The notes under the pieces are model-generated. The model did no database searches, was not told where the DNA came from, and saw only the letters and a list, made by a program, of their open reading frames with translations. A stretch of DNA of 53,929 nucleotides, counting the filler, from Jimgerdemannia flammicorona (taxonomy: Eukaryota), in assembly GCA_003990765.1 (NCBI GenBank). It is 3 parts of 3 records of this genome, joined end to end, with 100 filler letters (N's around TTAATTAATTAA, not from the genome) between each part and the next. Parts side by side here need not be neighbours in the genome. Positions count along the whole stretch, not along the records: positions 1 to 17,913 come from RBNJ01002365.1; 2 more parts are not named here. One strand, written 5' to 3'. Position numbers and translations under genes: made by a program. Each line of letters starts with the position of its first letter. The stretch's first letter is position 1. Shown here piece by piece: positions 1 to 13,197 of this stretch.

Positions 1-376
1 AAAAAAAAAAAAAGAGATAGTGAAAGATACTCTAATATCTAGAAGAATAGATATAATGATTATTAATAGAATATGGAAATAATTTAAGATAAATAGAGAA
101 ATATTGAAAAAGAAAAACTACTGGTTATACCCAATATAACAGTGACTCCAGAATGATGACATCAGTATGGGAGACAGTCTTTCCTTGCAAGCCACCAGAT
201 TGGAGTACAAGAAGATCATATAGTATATAAGATGAGTAATGATGACCAACTGTGAGTCATTGTGACTACAGTTCAAGCATCCTGAGGAATATAAAAGAAG
301 GATCAAGGAACTACAGTAGCAGCAATCAATAAGACCCACCAATCCCAAAATAGCTCAAAGACTTACCATAAATGAA

Positions 377-2308
377 ATGTCTGCTACTCACCAAACCTCA
401 AGATCAAGGAATCACCAAGGCACCTCAGTCGAAGAAAGGATGTTCTAAGACATCAGAAGAGCTATGAGGACCCACTCAAGAAGGACTTCTAGTATCAACT
501 TGGGTACTGGTGACCCTTATTACTATATCCTCTACTATCATAAAATGGAAACCAGGATCACCATTGCTACTGAATACCTCCAAATGTGGCAGAAATATGA
601 AATAGGAAACCTTCTCTGCCAAGAGTTCCCACAGGCCAGTACTCAAGAGCTACAAGATGCCACTTCCATAGATATACATGAAATAAGGACAGCTAAGAAG
701 ATCCATCAGATCTTCAGATATGTACCATGGTTGATCCCCAACTTGGAGTATGTTAGAGTCTCAGATTTCAGAGACCTATCATCCTGTCATATCAATGCAC
801 TAGAAGCCAGAGTGGCTACAAAAGCCCAGTCCACTATCACTCTCAATAGTGATGAAGTAGAAAACTTCTAGTACCCCATCCTTCAGGACAATCCAGACCA
901 ATTCCTGCAAGGATTGATCTCAGTATTCCAAGGCCCAAGCATCCAGGTTAGACCTTCCCAAGACCCCACATTTATTCTCTATTTTGTAAAAGAGAACCTC
1001 ACAGACTGGAGAGCTCCAGATCTCCTTGTTTCTGATTTCCCCACTACTGAACATAATGATGTCATCAGTAATAACATCATCCCATGTGACATATGTAAGA
1101 TATACAATAAAGTATACAAAGTATGCTCCTTTTTCTGCTACCTTACTGGTCACAAGGTTTGGTAGGCAACCTTCCAAGTCCCCTTTCCCCTATTATTATC
1201 CCCTCTACCTTGGGTTGGTTTGCTGTACCTACATGGGCATGGTGGGAGAAGGGCAATAGTGATGAGTTGCCCTTTTATTGGTATTAGATCGGTGTCTTCT
1301 CCACTTTTTCGCAGTTTCTGGTATCTTTAGCTGTATCTGGAGTGCATCCATTTTGGTGTGGCACCTTCTTCCTTTTGCCATCACCAATAAGGTGCTGTCT
1401 CGGTGTATCTTAGGCTACGTAGGGAGTCAGCCGACCTTGGGCATCAAGTGCTCAGTATAGGTTATCTGCAGGTCCTTGGTGCCTATGGTGGGGCCCTCTG
1501 GCTTTGGTAAGCTTCCCGGCAAGCACGGTTCTAGTATAGATGACTGTTTTTCAGGTAATGTCAGGATGGGAGGGGAGATGGCCATCACAGATAGGAGAAA
1601 GAGTGATTACAGTGAACCAGTAGGGTGCCAGGCTGGGGGTGGTCATCGGGGCTGAGGCAGACAATATTTTGGTAAGGCCTTTCAATTGGCTGGTGGGGGG
1701 TAGGGTGGTGCAGGGGCCGGCATCCTGGCTGTACCCAACTGGAACTGGGAGCTGATGCAGTAATGCGATCAAGGCCTGCAGACTTAGGGAGTGGGGTCTT
1801 CCTTATTTGGCAGACCTGACTGGAACCAGGAGCTAACACACCAATGTGATCAAGGCCCATAGGCTCAGGGAGTAGGAGTGGGGTCTCTTTAGGCCCTAGC
1901 CCATATATAAGTCCTTTGAGGAAGGTGCTGCATATAAGTCCTTTACTCACCTGCTTTGAATCTACTTTGCTCTCTGTTGGTTGGTTGGGGGGTTTTTTTC
2001 TTTATCTTAGGCTTTCTTTTGGAGTTTGGGGGGCTATTCTTTATTCAGTCCTAGTGCTGCTAGATCTGATGCATAGGTGTGCTCTCATGTGTAAACAATG
2101 ATCCAGCCCTGGTGAGCAGACAAGTCTAGTCTATGTTGTAGGGGTCGATATAGCCAGTATTTGACAGACATAGCTAGAGCAATGGGACTGCTGGACAATT
2201 TAATAGCCTAGGTTAATAGGGGGATATTGTTCAGTGAATGGTGGGGGAGGGTTTTGGCCTATATAGTCTAGGTTCCCTTCCAATAAAAATCTGTGGGACT
2301 ATGAGTCC

Positions 2309-2339
<31 letters not shown>

Positions 2340-2460
2340 TGAAGCATGTGAAGTATGTGAAATACATGACCTACATGACGAATTCACAGACCTCATCTCC
2401 TTTGAAGACATTCTGATCTCTGATGATGAAGCCTCCATAGTCTTGAACATTCTGCTCTAA
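377..2460 (+). pseudogene. LTR-encoded accessory ORF (family A, copy 1), interrupted by the 1122-2339 insertion
   Basis: ATG at 377, downstream of TATAAAA at 290. The 464-871 fragment (KYEIGNLL...AKKIHQIF...VRVSDFRDLS) is homologous to 48763-49553 and 50943-51785; ends ...VLNILL* at 2460. Confidence 0.7.
1122..2339 (+). mobile_element. ~1.2 kb poly(A)-tailed non-autonomous retroposon (SINE-like), copy 1
   Basis: Absent from the other family A LTRs. Ends AATAAA...GGACTATGAGTCC-ATT-(A)n. Homologous at both ends to 27478-28640. Flanks TAAAGTATACAAAG / TGAAGCATGTGAAG differ only by transitions (possible decayed TSD). Confidence 0.75.
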
Positions 2461-2940
2461 GTCTCTTGATTATACTGAATAATGCCAGCACTGGCATTCT
2501 AATGTAACACTGAATAATACCAGCACTGGTATTCTGATATAATACTGAATTATACCAGCATCCTGAATCTGTACAACCATCAGTACTGACCCTGGAACTT
2601 AGTAGTTTTTCCTGTCCTGATATTTTATTTTAGTTATTGGAATTTATATTTAGCTTTATATCTTAGCAATCATTGAATTATATTTTGTATAAATACCCCT
2701 CTTATTTTCTCTGAAATAAAGTCAGTTCTGGTTCACATACATACACTTTCTTGCAAGCAATCTAAGAGATAACAAGACAGTTTAAAGATAAGAAGTTTGA
2801 GGACTATAAGACCTTGGAAAGGCACTCTAATAAGAACTTGCTTATAACAAACTTGTAGTTAGTCTAAGAGATATACCTTGAAGAAAATCTGATGTATTTG
2901 AAGGACTCAATGCCTACTACATGACAATGTATATAATATA

Positions 2941-3142
2941 GTCTTCTCAGTGCAATATACATAATCTCTTATAAGCAATCTAAGAGATAACAAGACAGTT
3001 AAAGATAAGAAGTTTGAGGACTATAAGACCTTGGGAAGGCACTCCAATAAGAACTTGCTTATAAAAAACTTAAGTTAGTCTAAGAGATATACCTTGAAGA
3101 GAATCTGGCATATTTGAAGGACTCAGCAACCACTATATGATA
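2941..3142 (+). repeat. Second copy of the LTR 3' terminal ~200 bp
   Basis: AAGCAATCTAAGAGATAACAAGACAG...GAAGGACTCA repeats ~2755-2926; closely resembles 49850-50053. Confidence 0.85.
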
Positions 3143-4189
3143 CCAAATACAAGAAGAAATAAGTAATAAAATCAGTACATAAAATTAATTATCTAAGAGA
3201 AATAAATATATATAATAAAGTAAAAAGAACAATATAGTGACCAGGAATAGAGAAAGATATCAGACAATTTGTCAAGACCTGTGACAAATACCAGAAACAG
3301 AAATAAGACTAATGAAATCAGACTTCAGGATCAGTACATATATAGATCCAGTACTCTTTACCTATATAGTAATAGATATAATTAACTCTCTACTCTTAAC
3401 TTTGACTGGTAACTGATATATCATTATTATATAGATCTTTTTACAAAATTAATAAAAGCAGGACTCCTCAAGGGGGCCAATGTATAGTTAATTATCAATT
3501 TTTTCTACAAAGAAATCATCTGCTAATTCAAGACCTCAATATAAGTATCTATGGATAAAGAAACAGAATTTATAAACCAGTTCTTTGAGGTTCTCTATAA
3601 GAAGTATAAGATCTAGCACATTCAGACTATAGCCTATCACCTTTAGAGAAATGGATAAGTAGAAAAAATAAACAAGACTCTCAAGAATATCATCACTAAG
3701 ATCTGTAATAACTATGGAAACTGAGACCACTATCTGCTAATAGTATTATCTGTTCTTCAGAATATTTAATCATAAAGTACTTATTTTATCTCTTGAGAAA
3801 TGCTGTTCAGAGAAGAAATTCTCAAGAAATCCTATCATCTAATAGAATTGCTATATGAAAACATATAGATACTAAGATATGAAGACTATATCAAATTAGA
3901 AAGAAAATTAAGGATTATATAACTAATATATAGGCTTTATAATAGAATAATATAGAAAATTTTCACAAGTCTTTAGAGATTATCAAGATAGGAGATAAAG
4001 TTCTAATATATCAGAATATATTAGAAGTCTCATAGTTATAAAAACTAAAGCCTAAGTAAAAAGAACCTTACCTTATATAAGATATAAAAGAGACTACCTT
4101 TTGGCTGTAAAAACTATCAAACATAATCATCTCTACTACTATTTACTGAAACTGGCTTAAGAAATATTATAATCAACTAATAAAGTAAT

Positions 4190-4630
4190 ACTGCTGTCCT
4201 CAAGATTACTAGTGCTATATAATAAGCTATAGAAAGATAGTAGTATTCTATCAAGTTACTGACTATGAAAGAATCCTTTAATAGTATTTAGAGTATAGTA
4301 TAGATATACTATCACAAATCTTATATTTGGAACTAATCAAAACTAGACTGAGTTTCAGAAATACTTCAAGTTAGAATAGCTACTAAATTTGAAACCAGAA
4401 ATAGAAAAAGAAGATTAGATCAGAGAATATCAGTTCTTCTATACTCAGATCACTATTACTAAGAGAGTATATAAGTTATTTAAAGAGGATGAACCAGCTC
4501 TAGTCTATTTCTGAGAGATAGCTCTAAGAGACTTTGGATATACATATCAAGAGATAATAGTATTGGAAGAATATAATAATATAAATCACATAGTATAAGG
4601 AGATTCAACTGATCAAGACTTAGAAGTTTA
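4190..4630 (+). pseudogene. Decayed ORF3 of gypsy family C
   Basis: Translates AVLKITSA...EFQKYFKLE.LLN...YTQITITKRVYKLFKEDEPAL...RDF, matching 11148-11522. Boundaries approximate. Confidence 0.75.
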
Positions 4631-4749
4631 AATAAGATATTTTGGAGATAAATTACCTATTTAGAAAATAGATATTTGATTATAGTATCTGAATTCAATT
4701 CTCAAATATAGCTTAGTCTTACAAAAAGTAGTCATTTTAATAATATAGA

Positions 4750-7171
4750 AAACTTTAATAACTGTTAAAGATTTGGCAGATATTGAAATCCTTGCAATCA
4801 TCAAAATCTTAGTAGATATCAAAAGATTCAATACTTATAAAAAGTGACTCATAGGAAAGAAGCATGCTTTTACTGTAAAAAGAAAGGACATATATTTCAT
4901 AAATGCTCTAATAAGAAGATCAATATAAACAAAGAACTATTCTCCTTATATACCATTACTATAATAGGAGATAATCCCAAAGAAATCTCTAAAAAAATCA
5001 AGATCAAGAGATTTTATATTATTACAAAGATCTCAGACAAAGTATATAAATCTAATATAGACTATAATATCTACTCTAGTATAGAAGTAACTATCAATCT
5101 AAATAAGTAAGTAATTATTAGCATAGATATTAGAATGGAAGTTTCTAAAGATACCTATATTTGTCTTGTAGAAAGAAGTAGTCTGATCAATAAAGAGAGA
5201 CTCTATGTAACTGGAGGAGTTGTAGACTAAGAATTCAAAGATAAGATCAAAGTTCTGCTATATAACACTAGACAGAAGACTGTCAAGATCATATGTAGAA
5301 AATGAATTGCTCAAGCTATCATTGAGATAATATATAATAATCTTGAAGTTAAAAAAACAAATAAACTATCACCTTCTAATAGAGGATAAAAAGCCTTCAA
5401 ATTAACAGAAAAATACTCTAATAAGACTAAAGAGAAGATTAAGATATAGAAGATTGTCTGTATTAAAGAACCTCAAGACCAAGACCAGAAATAGTATCAA
5501 TATATTACTGATAGATATGTTCCTACAAGATGATATACTTACAGAATTAAGATGTACTGTTTTGAACATATAGGAGAATATATTACATATATTCTCAAAT
5601 CCAAAAAGTATAAGTCAACTATTCTGGAATAATGAGATAAAGAAATCAAGAATATCAATAATGAAGATGGAGAAGTACTAGAATGAAAAGAAGAAACTAT
5701 TCTGGAAAAATCACTACCCAATAAAAAACCAATACAGAATATATCTGTCTCTAAGGAAAAATCAAAGGAAATCCTATTGAAGTTCTTATTGATAGTAGAG
5801 CAAGCAAATGCTATCTTAATCAAGAAATTACTAATAAATTTTATAAGGAAACATTACTATATTCAGAAATAAAACAATATAGAAACTCTTTAAGATATAT
5901 AAGAATATACTTTTATAACTTAGAAACTACACTATAAGATAAACCTTCTATATTGCACATCTTTTTGAATACAATCTCATCCTTAAAAAAATCCTGGCTC
6001 ACTCAGAAGAACCCCCATATTGATTAGTAAACTAATATAATCTCTCTAAGAGATATTAAGTTACAATCTGAGTATGTTAAAAAGAAATCAAAGCTCAGAT
6101 GTAATGTTATCTCTATTATTCAGATAAAGAAGCTAATTTAAAAACCAGACTAGTATATTTATATATATAGTTGAAAAGATCTCAAAAGAAGATAATAAAG
6201 AACCCTCTGAACTTCTAAAGAATAAAGATGATGAGAAAGATAATTTTCAAGAACTACTCAAGAAATATGAAGATGTTTTTCAAGAACTCCAAGAACTGCT
6301 ACCAGTCTAAGCAATAGATATAGTATCAAGACTATTTCTAGTTCAGACCCTCTCTATCATAGAATCTATTAAATAACCCAATCTAAGCTAAAGATCCTCA
6401 AAGAATAACTAGTAGAATTAACAAGCAAAGGTCTCATTCATTTATCAAAATCACTATATGGTATACTTATCCTCTTTATTTATAAGAAGAATAGAGTCTC
6501 TATATATGTATTGATTACTGAGCACTCAATAAGATTTCAATCAAGAACCAATATATACTCCTAAGAATTAATTAATTACTTAATCAAGTATATAAGGCTA
6601 AGATCTTCTCACTCATTAACCTCATATCTAAATATCATCAAATTTATATCAAAGAAAAAGTATTTTCAAGACAGTCTTTCAAACAAGATTTGGATACTAC
6701 AAATTCTATATAATACTATTTAATCTTACCAATATATCAGCAATCTTCTAAATATTGATAAATGATATTTTTTGAAAATATCTCAGAGTTTTCATTCTGG
6801 TCTACCTAGATGATATACTAATATATAGTATAAGTAGCATTATTTACTAATAATATTTATAAATAGTCTTCAACATACTTTATAAATACAAGCCCTTAGT
6901 AAAGAAAGAAATACTACTTCTTTAAGAAGAAAATTGAATATCTAAGATTTGTTATCTTAGAAAATAGTATTGTTATTAATCTCAAAAAACCCCAAGCAAT
7001 CTGGAATTGACCCATTCTGAAGACCCTCAAGTCTCTATAAGGATTCAATAGATATTATAGGAGATTTATTTAAGGATTCTCTGTAATTATCACCCTACTC
7101 ACAAGTTTTATCAAGAAAGGAGCTAATATTGAAAAAGAATAGACAGAAGTATATACTACAGTCATAAATAC
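4750..7171 (+). mobile_element. Decayed Ty3/gypsy internal region (family D): gag CCHC, dUTPase, CPHG module, protease, RT
   Basis: CFYCKKKGHIFHKC (~4865), dUTPase-like region, PIEVLIDSRAS (~5773), RT CIDY*ALNK and VYLDDILIYS (~6800). Many stops and frameshifts. Confidence 0.85.
4990..5410 (+). pseudogene. Retrotransposon-encoded dUTPase (decayed)
   Basis: Motif order YNIYS, ERSSL, GGVVD*EFKDKIKVLLYN, IAQAI, RG*KAF matches trimeric dUTPase motifs 1-5. Confidence 0.75.
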
Positions 7172-7275
7172 TATAATATGCTAGCTTAATAGAGATAAAT
7201 GATAAGATTAGAAGTTAATATAGTTTAGCTTAAGCCTTAGTTACTTTGTCAAAAAACAATAAAATATTTTATAAT

Positions 7276-8960
7276 TGTAAGCACACAACCTCCAAGCCAC
7301 TGAAATCACATATCACCCTCTGAACAAAGCCACTGAAATCACATGCGATCTCTAAACAAATCTGGAAATCACCTGCTTGATCACAAAGCTGAGTCAAACT
7401 GAAGTCACAGTGCACAAAGCTGAGTCAACACGAAGTCACGGAATACAAGATTCACACAAACAGAATCTTACCAATCAGGACTAAATGCATATATACCAAG
7501 TACCAAGATGTGTCAAACCAGAGAACCAAAACAAACAACAACCACAACTTCCAAATACACAAACATGACCACTGAGATCTACACCTATATCTGCGCTGAC
7601 ATTTGGAATGCTATTGTCAACCAAGCCACTCTCCCTCTACCCCTCATGAATATCTATAGCCTGGCACCCCTCTATTTCATGGAAGCCTAATGGAATGCCC
7701 TAAACATGCTCAACAAAGCCCACCAAATTGGACAAATCTCAAGCTACTACCAGATTGGCCACCTCCTAGAAGATATGGTCGAACACTACCATGATATAGA
7801 TATTACCCAGATGTCTCAATACCAGAAACTCATTGCCCACAAATACTGAGAACTCTTCTATGAGTATAGCACTGTTATTTCCCACTTCTAAGTTACTATA
7901 GCTGAAATGGTTGCTACCCTGTCCTATGGCCAAATCGATAATATGATATAAGAACTCAACCACAAGTACCTCAAGTATGTCAAAACCACAGACAGAATCT
8001 TCCCACACCCTAATGATCATATCCTGCAAATGCCCCAAGTCAAATATACTATGAAGGACATCTATGATATAATCTACTTCAACAAAGATGAAGCAGAAGA
8101 CAATGATCCCTCTGATGCTGACATGATCTCAAGTTAAGGATCTCTGCCAACTCTGATCACACCACCAACCTTACTGATAAACTTACAATAATTCATAACA
8201 GCATATGAGACTTATTGGGACAATGACCATTGGTATGAATACCAATCCGCATTCACCCCCGATTACTTCAACTATAATGAAGAAACTGAAGAACACAATC
8301 TGTATCTCCAGACAACTCTCAAGATTAAACCAATCACTCTACCACCTGAGTACAAGTGATATGAACCACAGCTACTAGCTTACTACAATCCCATGACTCA
8401 TAGTGCTGTAACCTACAGAAAGTATACAGACAGCAAATCTGATAAAAGTGAAGATGATGCACCTCTCCTCTGCCCACCAACACCTTATCTAGTATACAAG
8501 ACAGATAATGCTATTCTGTAGGATGGTAATGAAGTTTCAATGTATTATTACCTTAGCAAACAAGGAGAAGTAATCCATGAACTACTTTTCCTAGATGACT
8601 ACTTTATCAGAGATGATGTCATCGATAGTGATGTCATTGAAGACTACCCAGATAGTGTCTAAACCTATAAATAGCTTAGCAGTCATAGTATAGTTAGATT
8701 AGCCTTATATGATGTGACTGTAAACTGACTCAGCAGTCAGGTGATCTCTTGACATGTCAGATCACTCTTGTACTATGTGACTGCATTCTGACTCAGCAAG
8801 GCACTTAGTGCTACATCCATATCTAGTATAGTCTAGATAGCCCCTCACTAGTATAAATACCCCCTCCCCCAGACCTCAGAATCTCAGACTTGAACAGACT
8901 TGAAAGACTTGAACAACTCAAACACAACTTCTGAGCACTCCCCCATGATATCCCTTTACA
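7276..8960 (+). mobile_element. Long solo LTR (family B, ~1.69 kb)
   Basis: Starts TGTAAGCACACAACC, nearly identical to the LTR start of the gypsy element at 32186. TATAAATA at 8852; ends CCCTTTACA. Flanks TAAT/CAAC differ only by C/T transitions (possible decayed 4-bp TSD). 3' end less certain. Confidence 0.7.
7565..8662 (+). pseudogene. LTR-encoded accessory ORF (family B)
   Basis: MTTEIYTYICADIWNAI...APLYF...YYQIGHLL...QKLIAHKY*ELFYEY, then an acidic tail ending DDVIDSDVIEDYPDSV*. Internal stops and probable frameshift. TATA-like CATATATACC at ~7489. Confidence 0.65.
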
Positions 8961-10098
8961 CAACTACTTCTAGTATAGCAATATCATAAATAGTGAATAA
9001 ACCTATTTAATAACCTATAAACCACTCTTAAGTAAATCTGCTCCCCATTAGGTCCCACTCCTAACCCCATTACAAAATTTCCTAATTGGGTATTGTCTGC
9101 AGCAATATGCCAATTCAACTAAGCTGGTCTTAGTTTCTTGAACTTTCTGAAATATGGAAAATCCTAAATATCCAGAACTAGTCTGAAAAAGGACTTTGAT
9201 TGAGACATTAACCAAATCTTAAAATCAATAAGTATAGAGGATGTACTCTATATGAAATTGATCTTGACCATAAGAAAACAGTCTCCCAGAATATCCAGAA
9301 CTTCCAGAAAACCCTTCCAGAACTACATAATAGTTACTCTAAAAAACAACCCTCTTATAATAATTCTTTAGTATTCTTATTGATATTTAGTAATATAATA
9401 GTCAAATCTAAATACAGTGGTCAATTCTAATGGATTTTTTTATTTAGATAGTTCTTAGATATAGTAGTAATTTGATAATTTTAGTAAATTCCTTCTTGAG
9501 TAGAAGATAATTTCTATATAACATGATGATCTTCAAAAGTATACAATTTCTAATATAATGATCTTATTTCCAAAATTATGCAATTTCTGGTATAATGATC
9601 TTAGCATATAGTATATTTCAAAACTGAATCAATATTTTATTAAATTTTATATTTTAGTTATTTAAATACAAATTCTCTATAAATATATTTTATATTATAA
9701 TATATTATAGTTTTATATTAGAGATATTTAAAAATATTAAATTTATTATTTTTAAATTTTGATTTTATCTTTAAAAAATATTCTTTATTCAATAGACAGA
9801 CAATAAAATTGAGATATAAATTTAAAATATATTATAGTTATTCTTTTAATATTTCTCTATAATCTCATATAATTTATTTTTTAAAATCTTATTATTTTAT
9901 CTTTTAAAATAATAATAAAAAAACTCTTTTTAAATATATATATATTATATTATTAATATACTGAATTCAAACATTAAAGCAATGATATTTTGTCTAAGAA
10001 AGGCTATTTAAGTATACTTTCTATTTATAATAAATTATAATTTATTTATTAAATAGATTAGTTATAGTTTGAGATTATATAAATTATTATAATATTAA

Positions 10099-10574
10099 AT
10101 ATATATATAAGAATAACAGGAGAATAAATAGATACTGTATAGAACAAACTGATATTAGATAACTAGAAGTATATAGTATCCTCTAATAAAACAAAAATCA
10201 TTTATTTTAGATTCTATATATAATATATACCTTTTTTTATTATTTTTGAATTTTAGTCAATTGATATCACATAACTTATATTAAGTGATATTTTATATCT
10301 TTGATTCAATTTTATAGTATCTTAGATATTTAAGATAATAATAATATACTATTTGAGTATTTATAGTTAGTTTAAAGTAATTTTGCAGTATTTTTAATAT
10401 AGAAAAGTCATATAATATCAATTGATTATAAAAATTTAAAAAAGGTAGATATTATATATAGAATTCAAAATAATTGATTTTTGTTCTATTAGAGAATACT
10501 ATATACTTCTAGTCACCTAATTTCAGTCTGTTCTATATAGTAGCTATTTATTTTCTTGTTATTCTTATATATAT
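10099..10574. mobile_element. Nested MITE with ~180-bp inverted arms
   Basis: 10099-10277 is inverted at 10404-10574; TTAA on both flanks (10095-10098, 10575-10578). Confidence 0.7.
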
Positions 10575-10637
10575 TTAAAAAGAGTTTAGATAAATAAATA
10601 AAATATTAAAAGAATAACTATAATATATTTTAAATAT

Positions 10638-11023
10638 TGTAACATAGCAGACGCTTACTCTTGAAAGTACATCAGATTTCTATATCTTGAAAACTTGACT
10701 GTTCTGACTCTTGCAGAGTCTCTTGAAGTTGCAGGGGAGGGTGGGTGAGTTCGAAGTGTATCTGCCCGCAGAATTACTAGTTCCTTTGCTATCTCTTTGC
10801 TTTGAACTATTTTGATCTGAGGTTTATTCACTCGAAGATACTGAGTTATTTATATAAGTTTGCTAGCTATGAGATGGTTACTGGGTTATGTGGCTAAGTT
10901 ATGAGTCATTTAACACTTTGCGAAATTTTTAGCAAGTTGCGAAATGCTATACTACTTTGGGACTGGGTGTGATCAAGTGTCTATTCCCTATTTCCTTCTT
11001 CCGAATCTAGCTATACCATCACA
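10638..11023 (-). repeat. 3' LTR of family C element
   Basis: Direct repeat of 14545-14930; differences are mostly transitions. Confidence 0.95.
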
Positions 11024-11147
11024 ACTTCCTTCTGAATAGATGATCTCGTCCCTAAAGCATCTATTCAAACTCCCAAGCTTCAATGGTCTGTATGGTCTTA
11101 TATTGTGCAATTTGTTATATCACTGTTTCCCAATGGTGTCGTCTAAC

Positions 11148-11522
11148 TCAGTCGAAGTCTGAGGGAGTCACTCCTCGCAGGTGGGCTAGTGCTGATTCAT
11201 CCTCTTGGAATAGCTTGTGGATTCTTTTGGCAATGGTGATCTGAGAATAGGAGAGCTGGCATTCTGTGATCCAATTTTCTTTGGTCATTTCTGGGTCTTG
11301 GTTGAGTACTTGGCCGAGTTTGAAGTACTCTTGGAATTCGTTTCGATGCTGATAGGCCTTGAAGTGTGAGATCCAAGAGAGATGAGTCTGCATGATGCTT
11401 TGGATACTGTCATAAGACTCCTCTATGGTTGGAGGCTCGGTGGTGTACCATTGTCTCTCGATAGCTCTTTGGGTAGCACTAGTGATCTTGAGTGCCATCG
11501 CGGTACTTTTGTTACTGGCCAT
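11148..11522 (-). CDS. ORF3 accessory protein downstream of integrase (unknown function)
   Basis: 124 aa ORF starting right after the integrase end. The TGA at 11148 may be a decayed CGA, since the frame continues VRRHHWETVI. Homologous to 4190-4630 and to the LTR-encoded ORFs. Confidence 0.7.
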   Translation of the reverse strand: MASNKSTAMALKITSATQRAIERQWYTTEPPTIEESYDSIQSIMQTHLSWISHFKAYQHRNEFQEYFKLGQVLNQDPEMTKENWITECQLSYSQITIAKRIHKLFQEDESALAHLRGVTPSDFD

Positions 11523-11539
11523 GATATTTCTTGAGTCGG

Positions 11540-12445
11540 TTTTGATGAATGGTGGTGGGGATTATTGTGCCTGAGAGTTTTCATAGCCAAAAGGTAGTTC
11601 CTTTTATATCTTGTACAAGGTAAGGTCCTTCCCACTTGGGCTCCAGTTTTCGTGACCATGAAGCTTCAACCATATTCCGATACACCAGGACTTTGTCTCC
11701 TATCTTGATAATCTCCAAGAGTTTGTGGGTCTTTTCCACATTCCTCCATTGTAATGTCTGTGTCTTTGTTATGTAATCCTTAGCCTTCTTCCTGATTTGG
11801 TGTAGTCTCCATATTTCCATGTCCATATGTTTCCATATAGCATCTCTATTGAATGACAAGGTTTCCTGAGAACATTCTTCTCCGAACAGCATTTCTCAAG
11901 GAGTGAAGTGAGTACTTTGTGATCAGATATCCTGGAGAGCAGATAATGCTATTGGTAGATAGTGATCCCAGTTCTCATAGCTATCGCAGATCTTGGCAAT
12001 AATGTTCTTGAGGGTTTTGTTGGTCCTTTCTACTTATCCATTTCCTTGAGAGTGATATGCTGTAGTCCAAATATGCTGGATCTTGTACTTCTTGTAGAGA
12101 ACTTTGAAGAACTGGTTTACGAATTCTGTTTCTCTGTCTGTAGTTACTTGTGTTGGGGTCTTGAACTGGTAGATGATTTCTTTGTGGAAGAAATCGGTGA
12201 TTGACTATACATTGGCTTCCATAAGGGGTCCCGCTTCTATCCATTTTGTAAAGAGGTCTATGATGACGATGATGTATCAGTTGCCAGTCAAAGTCAAGGG
12301 TAGGGGGCCAATTACATCTATTGCAATGTGGGCGAATGGTACTGGTTCTATGTGTGCTGATCCTGGGGCTTGATTTTATTGATCTTGTTTCTGTTTCTGG
12401 CATTTGTCGTAGGTCTTGATGAATTGTCTGATATCTTCCTCCATC
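11540..12445 (-). pseudogene. Gypsy integrase (rve core plus GPY/F domain)
   Basis: IAIDVIGPLP, IDLFTKWIEA, TDRETEF, TTAYHSQGNG*VERTNKTL, KIGDKVLV...KLEPKWEGPY; several stops. Confidence 0.9.
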
Positions 12446-12630
12446 CCTTCTTCCCTGATCTGTTTTTCGAGAGCTTTCTGCCTTCTTTTCTGGTGGATCT
12501 TCCTGATTCTAATGGTGCACTGGTAGCAATCATTGATATGCTCCATACAGTACATCCTGATCCCATGAGGACAGACTCCTTGTAGTGCATAGCCTTCTGC
12601 CATCTTCTTGCACCATTCTTCTTCACTCAT

Positions 12631-13197
12631 CTATTTGACTTTCTTCTTCTTTAGAGTAGTCACCATATAAGCTTCCTCTTGCTCACTCTCTTCTTCCTCC
12701 ATATTGGGCAGGACTCCTTTGTTGACATTGATGGGAATTTGTATCTTCTGTCCCTGGTAGGTGATCTGCATCTTCTGAGCATTGAGATCGATTACTGCCT
12801 TGGCTTTATGAAGCCATTGATTGCCAATGAGAATGTCATAGTTGGTGGTGTTGGTTACGATTACATCTACTGGGATGGTTGCTCCTCCAATCTTGATGGG
12901 AACATCTCGGATCTTTCTCAGAGGTGTGGCTCTTGTGCCATTGGCTGTGACAAACACCAGCTTAGTTGCTTCTTCCACATCCCAACCTAGGTGGTCTGCT
13001 GCCTTCTTGCTGAGAAGACATCCTCCTGCTCCCATATCAATGATGGCCTCAAAGATTCTATCTTCGATTTGGCATATTGCATAAGCAGAGATTTTGCGAT
13101 TGTCCTCACTTTCTTCTCCTGAGTCCTCTTGAGCATTATTGGCCCCAGTTATCTTCCATCCTTGTTCCTTAGTTGTTTCGGCAAGTCCAAACCTCAT
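12631..13197 (-). pseudogene. Retropepsin aspartic protease of family C element
   Basis: EAIIDMGAGGCLLS (DTG decayed to DMG) ... YDILIGNQWL. Confidence 0.85.

Larger units (their letters stand above)
135..3142 (+). mobile_element. Long solo LTR (family A) with nested retroposon and duplicated 3' end
   Basis: Starts TATAAC (decayed TGTAAC) and ends ...ACTATATGATA. 4-bp TSD CCAA at 131-134 and 3143-3146. Colinear with 48506-50053. TATAAATA plus AATAAA at ~2688-2720; ~36-bp tandem repeats at ~2470-2560. Confidence 0.8.
1..4680 (+). mobile_element. Decayed Ty3/gypsy remnant (family C): integrase plus ORF3, split by the LTR insertion at 135-3142
   Basis: Removing 135-3142 and one CCAA copy restores in-frame LLVIPKYKKK...(W)PGIEKDIRQFVKTCDKYQKQK (integrase Zn region). 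It is followed by the core and KIGDKVLIY...KLKPK..EPY. Colinear with the reverse complement of 11030-12445; many stops. End approximate. Confidence 0.8.

Noticed and set aside
1143..1165. GHKVW peptide shared with 17689-17703
   Set aside because: Five-residue match with no flanking similarity; the 914-1165 ORF is a chimera across an insertion junction.
11148..11522. ORF3 as an env gene
   Set aside because: Too short, with no signal peptide, furin site or transmembrane segment.
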